From: Naegleria gruberi
Taxonomy: Eukaryota
Assembly (NCBI GenBank): GCA_000004985.1
Contig: GG739264.1
Strand: one strand, 5' to 3'
DNA: 2,417 bases
Of the stretch, positions 1-2,417 are shown in pieces. Each line of letters begins with the position of its first letter. Position 1 is the stretch's first letter. The position numbers were made by a program, and so were the translations under genes. The notes below the pieces were generated by a model, which did not search any database, was not told the origin of the DNA, and saw only the letters and a list, made by a program, of their open reading frames with translations.

Positions 1-1
1 C

Positions 2-319
2 CGTAAAAAGATTTTAGATGCTGTCTTGGAGTATTATTCAGAGGCTTTTTCTGTAGAAAAAAGTAACGAGCAAATTAAAACAGAAATGGACCTTTGTTTA
101 CCGAAAAATGTCTGTAAGCGTATTTCATTTAAATTATTGAAAACAGGAGTCCAAAAAAAAGAAACAAATATAAATTCCATTAGTGAGAAAGTTTTGAAAA
201 TTCCAAAAAAAGAAAAGAAAATTGAAAATCATGAAGAAGTGCTTCTTTCCCAAGCAGACTTGGATGATTTTAATAAGGAACCAACACAACATGACACTGA
301 GGAGAAAAAAAACAAATAA
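2..319 (+). CDS. 3' portion of a protein-coding ORF that runs off the 5' edge of the window. The C-terminal tail is Lys/Glu-rich and low-complexity (...KIPKKEKKIENHEEVLLSQADLDDFNKEPTQHDTEEKKNK*); product unknown.
   Basis: Frame 2 has no stop from position 2 to TAA at 317-319. The 'M' in the ORF track at position 26 is a TTG codon, so the real start is probably upstream of the window or in an upstream exon. Codon usage looks protein-like (GAA/AAA/ATT/CCA/GGA). The basic KIPKKEKK stretch resembles an NLS-like patch. A TTTTAG acceptor-like motif at 12-17 could mark an exon start, but this is unverified. Confidence 0.4.
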   Translation, partial: RKKILDAVLEYYSEAFSVEKSNEQIKTEMDLCLPKNVCKRISFKLLKTGVQKKETNINSISEKVLKIPKKEKKIENHEEVLLSQADLDDFNKEPTQHDTEEKKNK

Positions 320-495
320 TGGAGTATACTGAGCAGTATGTTCAGAAAAAGGCACAGATGGATAGTATTACTTTTCCCAAAAAGATTAGAGCAAGACTTG
401 ATCAAATTTCTAATGTTATTGCTAAAACCTGTATTCATCTAATCGAAGAAGAAAGTGTAAAAGTGGAAGAAAAAGGAGGCAACTTGTATTCCTAA
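319..495 (+). CDS. Hypothetical 58-aa ORF (MEYTEQYVQKKAQMDSITFPKKIRARLDQISNVIAKTCIHLIEEESVKVEEKGGNLYS*). It may simply be 3'UTR of the upstream gene.
   Basis: The ATG at 319-321 overlaps the TAA at 317-319 of the preceding ORF (TAATG). The frame is open to TAA at 493-495. The ORF is below the 60-aa track cut-off. Codon composition is plausible, but no domain is recognised and there is no clear upstream signal (a GAGGAG at 299-304 sits 14 nt upstream, a poor spacing). Confidence 0.15.
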   Translation: MEYTEQYVQKKAQMDSITFPKKIRARLDQISNVIAKTCIHLIEEESVKVEEKGGNLYS

Positions 496-580
496 ATATC
501 ATTGTCAATTATAACAAAGATTACCGTCTCCTTCACCACCTTCAATTTTTTTGAAAGAAAACTCATATTCATGAAGAGTA

Positions 581-817
581 TCAATCCTCCCTAAGCAACT
601 CAATTATTCTTTTCGTTTCCTCCAATTTCATATCAAAACTCCTCAATGAATCTTCATGGAATTCCTTCTCTCCAAACAAGTGAGTCAATTTATGCTGATA
701 CGAAACTCTAATATCTGTATTTGTACTCTTTTGTAAACATTCAACGGTCCACTCAATTGAATCAGTCAATTCTCTTATAATACTCGATTGTTTTTCAACT
801 TGTGCATAATATTTCAT
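581..817 (-). CDS. Hypothetical 78-aa ORF. It is probably the C-terminal part of the F-box gene that was separated from it by the inverted-repeat element.
   Basis: ORF track: MKYYAQVEKQSSIIRELTDSIEWTVECLQKSTNTDIRVSYQHKLTHLFGEKEFHEDSLRSFDMKLEETKRIIELLRED*. The same frame stays open upstream of the ATG (codons E-R-C-F-L-N at 818-835) all the way to the element boundary at 835/836. It is closed only by a TAA (plus 845-847) 9 nt inside the element. It is in frame with the F-box ORF once 836..1620 is removed. Confidence 0.35.
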   Translation of the reverse strand: MKYYAQVEKQSSIIRELTDSIEWTVECLQKSTNTDIRVSYQHKLTHLFGEKEFHEDSLRSFDMKLEETKRIIELLRED

Positions 818-835
818 TTCACGACAGAAGAGATT

Positions 836-971
836 GAGAGCATTTTATCACTATTCACAAATAAAAAATTAATTACACAGATTTAAAAATTTGTGTTTGT
901 GTTTGTGTAGACAGACCATTTTATCTTGCACAAATATTTGTGAAAACACAAAAGTATTTTATTAAAATAAT
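836..971 (+). repeat. Left arm of the inverted repeat: block A 836-879, a 10-bp spacer, block B 890-936, an 18-bp insert TTTGTGAAAACACAAAAG, then block C at about 955-971.
   Basis: Direct comparison with the reverse complement of 1460-1620, as detailed in the mobile_element entry. Confidence 0.85.
890..907 (+). repeat. (TTTGTG)3 microsatellite inside block B of the left arm.
   Basis: tttgtgtttgtgtttgtg read directly from the sequence. Confidence 0.9.
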
Positions 972-1509
972 AAATTATTGTGGTCTTGAATCTTAGGTTG
1001 TTTTCTATGAATCTAGTAGTAAAAGTTCATTCGTCGTTGATCTTGAAATATGTGATCCGATATCAATATTGTTGTTGCAAGAATTGGACATGAATCGGGT
1101 TCTAACAAATGGTTGCTGATTTCTTCTCCCGTTTGATGAAGGAGAAGTTTAATACATTTTTTATTAATTAAATATTAAAAAATGTAAGAAGAACACCTTC
1201 ATCAGAGAAACCAACATCAACACCACCAACAACCCAAGATTCAAGTGAAATAAAGAGGGAAAGCAGTAACAGAATGGAATAATTAAATATTTGGAACAAA
1301 ACAGTTTGTTTTTGGAGCATGCTTTCATTGATTCCGCACCACCAGAACCAACTCCATCATCACTAATTAAATTAGGATACATTACATTCGAATCAACATA
1401 TTGTAGAAATACCTTTCTGATTTCAACTTATACCTTCTATTGAGATAGACATTAGTTGGAATAATTTTAATAAAAATATGTATTTGTGCAAGATAAAATG
1501 GCCTGTCTA

Positions 1510-1527
1510 CACAAACACAAACACAAA
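1510..1527 (+). repeat. (CACAAA)3 microsatellite. It is the inverted copy of 890-907, inside block B' of the right arm.
   Basis: cacaaacacaaacacaaa read directly. It is the reverse complement of the left-arm microsatellite. Confidence 0.9.
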
Positions 1528-1540
1528 TTTGTGAAAATAT

Positions 1541-1560
1541 TTTAGCACAATTTAGCACAA
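1541..1560 (+). repeat. Perfect tandem duplication of a 10-mer (TTTAGCACAA x2) inside the right-arm-specific insert.
   Basis: 1541-1550 and 1551-1560 are both tttagcacaa. Nothing corresponds to them in the left arm. Confidence 0.9.
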
Positions 1561-1905
1561 ATATTCACAAAAAATTTGTGTAATTAATTTTTTATTTGTG
1601 AATAGTGATAAAATGCTCTCATTGTCTAAATAATTAATTTTTTCATCAATTAAATTCCCAATTAGTGGACGAATTGAATCTTGATAGAAATTTTCTCCAA
1701 AGTCTAATTGTTCAATTTTTACATGACAATGGGATGGATCGATATGTTTCCGATATAATTGAAGAATTTGTTTCCAATAGAATGGATCTGTTGTGATACG
1801 ATTGTAAGTTGATTTGTTGATCAATAAAATGTTTCGAATATGTTTTAATGAGAGAAAGGAAAATATTTCGGTTTGTAATTCTGTTGGTAAATCCAATAGA
1901 GACAT
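1552..1905 (-). CDS. F-box domain protein (117-aa ORF as it stands). The F-box motif is at residues ~5-46. The last 22 codons and the stop are encoded by the right arm of the inverted-repeat element, which suggests a truncated or disrupted gene.
   Basis: ATG at 1905-1903. LLDLPTELQTEIFSFLSLKHIRNILLINKSTYNRITTDPFYWKQ fits the F-box consensus (LPxE(I/L)xxxIFSxL...I/L...VxKxW; Pfam F-box family). Pro codons are all CCA and Gly codons are GGA/GGG, which fits a nematode-like organism. Residues E96..C117 plus the stop lie in block A' and the spacer (1552-1620). The motif call is from memory of the F-box consensus and has not been run through HMMER. Confidence 0.6.
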   Translation of the reverse strand: MSLLDLPTELQTEIFSFLSLKHIRNILLINKSTYNRITTDPFYWKQILQLYRKHIDPSHCHVKIEQLDFGENFYQDSIRPLIGNLIDEKINYLDNESILSLFTNKKLITQIFCEYLC

Positions 1906-2013
1906 TTTTCTGTTATTATAATTCGAGTGACATCACAATCACCTTTTGATTATTCGATTTAGTATCGATCAATTTCTAATAATTCCCACACAACTCGATA
2001 AAGGAAATTCCAC

Positions 2014-2181
2014 ATGAAATTATCACAAATTGGATGTTCTACATGGACAAACAAACTCTTTTCAATTTCATTAGAAGTTTACAATATTTTTGATGAAATT
2101 TATGCAGAGAGTGCAGAAAGATTGGAAATTTTAAATAACAAGAGAAAGAGTAGTGATTTGATTGGATTTGTTTTCGAATGA
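2014..2181 (+). CDS. Hypothetical 55-aa ORF (MKLSQIGCSTWTNKLFSISLEVYNIFDEIYAESAERLEILNNKRKSSDLIGFVFE*), divergent from the F-box gene.
   Basis: ATG at 2014-2016 and TGA at 2179-2181. An AAGGA at 2001-2005 sits 8 nt upstream of the ATG and looks Shine-Dalgarno-like, but this is weak evidence in AT-rich DNA. The composition is protein-like and no domain is recognised. It is below the track cut-off. Confidence 0.2.
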   Translation: MKLSQIGCSTWTNKLFSISLEVYNIFDEIYAESAERLEILNNKRKSSDLIGFVFE

Positions 2182-2200
2182 AAGTCGAGAGAGAAGTGAT

Positions 2201-2222
2201 GAGAAAGTATTCATACTCTCTC
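2201..2222. repeat. Near-perfect 10-bp palindrome (GAGAAAGTAT tc ATACTCTCTC, 9/10 pairing). An alternative 7-bp stem, GAGAGAG at 2186-2192 against CTCTCTC at 2216-2222, is also possible.
   Basis: Read directly. It lies 20 nt downstream of the stop of the 2014..2181 ORF. No T-run follows, so it is not a canonical intrinsic terminator. Confidence 0.5.
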
Positions 2223-2417
2223 CTAGTTCAAAATTTAATATTGTGAATTGTGAAAATCCAAATGTTCCACCTATATTTATTCAACACAAATTGCATTCTA
2301 TTCCTTACTGAATTTTAGGAAATATATTGAGTACATTTCAGTGGACGATGAAATTCATGTAAAATTGGCAAACACAAGAATTGTTTCGTCTAACTATGAA
2401 GTTCTCTATCCTCCACT

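Larger units (their letters stand above)
836..1620. mobile_element. Non-autonomous inverted-repeat element (MITE- or foldback-like), about 785 bp. It has ~130-bp imperfect terminal inverted repeats, a non-coding interior and a candidate 3-bp target-site duplication, ATT.
   Basis: Seen directly in the sequence. Block A: 836-879 is the exact reverse complement of 1577-1620 (GAGAGCATTTTATCACTATTCACAAATAAAAAATTAATTACACA, 44/44). Block B: 890-936 matches the reverse complement of 1481-1527 at 46/47, with the mismatch at 915/1502. Block C: about 955-971 matches about 1460-1478 weakly, with indels. The flanks ATT 833-835 and ATT 1621-1623 are direct repeats. The interior 972..1454 has no convincing ORF (1164..1382 on the minus strand is low-complexity). 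Confidence 0.5.
1460..1620 (-). repeat. Right arm of the inverted repeat: block C' at about 1460-1478, block B' 1481-1527, a 49-bp insert 1528-1576, then block A' 1577-1620.
   Basis: Reverse complement matches the left arm. The arms are asymmetric: the A-B spacer is 10 bp on the left and 49 bp on the right. Confidence 0.85.

Noticed and set aside
26-321. Both plus-strand ORFs appearing to start with 'MEY' (MEYYSEAF… and MEYTEQY…), suggesting a duplicated start.
   Set aside because: The first 'M' is a TTG (Leu) internal to an ORF that is open to the window edge. The resemblance is three residues and is coincidental.
134-438. Two overlapping minus-strand ORFs (134..355 and 229..438) from the ORF track.
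   Set aside because: Both are Phe/Leu-rich low-complexity translations (…FFFLLSV…, …LFFFSSV…). They are the antisense mirror of the Lys/Glu-rich sense ORF and are typical spurious antisense ORFs in AT-rich coding DNA.
540-557. Possible bidirectional intrinsic terminator between the convergent ORFs ending at 495 (+) and 581 (-): a ttcaa/ttgaa stem around a T-run.
   Set aside because: The stem is only a 5-bp, all-A/T pairing with a T5 loop and is far too weak for a Rho-independent terminator. The window otherwise looks eukaryotic.
1164-1382. Minus-strand 72-aa ORF inside the inverted-repeat element.
   Set aside because: The translation is hydrophobic and low-complexity with no motif. It sits in the non-coding interior of a MITE-like element. 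The plus strand here also shows only short, stop-interrupted frames.
836-1620. CRISPR-like or direct-repeat array.
   Set aside because: The repeats are inverted, not direct, and occur as a single pair around a unique interior. There is no repeat-spacer periodicity.
1666-2349. Shared 9-mer AGTGGACGA at 1666-1674 and 2339-2347.
   Set aside because: A single 9-bp match in a 2.4-kb AT-biased window is within chance expectation. The flanks do not align.
1-2417. Prokaryotic or phage interpretation: TTG/ATG-start ORFs, the TAATG overlap, an AGGA 8 nt before the 2014 ATG, and an F-box gene read as a eukaryote-like effector of an intracellular bacterium or giant virus.
   Set aside because: Coding density is far too low for a bacterial or viral genome. 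Long stretches at 820-1550 and 1906-2417 have no ORF of 60 aa or more. There is a hexanucleotide microsatellite and a 785-bp non-coding inverted-repeat element. Codon preferences (Pro CCA, Gly GGA) fit nematode genes. A database search is needed to settle this.
2254-2417. Frame open from 2254 to the 3' edge of the window on the plus strand, with a TTTCAG acceptor-like motif at 2336-2341 and a TTTTAG at 2313-2318.
   Set aside because: There is no start codon in frame and only 54 codons. It cannot be told apart from chance open frame; it might be an exon of a gene continuing beyond the window, but that cannot be supported from this window alone.

Overview
This window is AT-rich (roughly 30% G+C by eye) with low coding density; no tRNA, rRNA or CRISPR array is evident. 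Only about 900 of 2417 bp fall in ORFs of 60 aa or more. There is a (TTTGTG)3 microsatellite, and codon choices such as CCA for Pro and GGA for Gly fit a Caenorhabditis-like genome. I therefore read it as eukaryotic, most plausibly nematode, DNA. A prokaryotic origin cannot be excluded from sequence alone, and a few prokaryote-like signals are recorded under rejected items.

The clearest gene is a minus-strand ORF (1905..1552) whose N-terminus is a canonical F-box motif. The dominant structural feature is a ~785-bp element (836..1620) bounded by long imperfect inverted repeats. The repeats are built from shared blocks A (44 bp, 44/44 match), B (47 bp, 46/47) and a weaker C, and are flanked by a 3-bp direct repeat ATT. 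The element interior (~490 bp) is non-coding.

The right arm supplies the last 22 codons and the stop of the F-box ORF. The reading frame on the far side of the element (844..581, minus) is open right up to the left boundary. Precise removal of the element fuses the two ORFs in frame into a 179-aa (178 if one ATT copy is also removed) F-box protein. I read this as an inverted-repeat (MITE-like) insertion that split an F-box gene.

The plus strand carries the 3' end of a Lys/Glu-rich ORF that runs off the 5' edge (2..319), followed by a 58-aa ORF whose ATG overlaps the stop. A 55-aa ORF (2014..2181) lies divergent from the F-box gene, with a near-perfect 10-bp palindrome just downstream. Gene-structure calls are tentative because splice sites cannot be resolved without transcript data.
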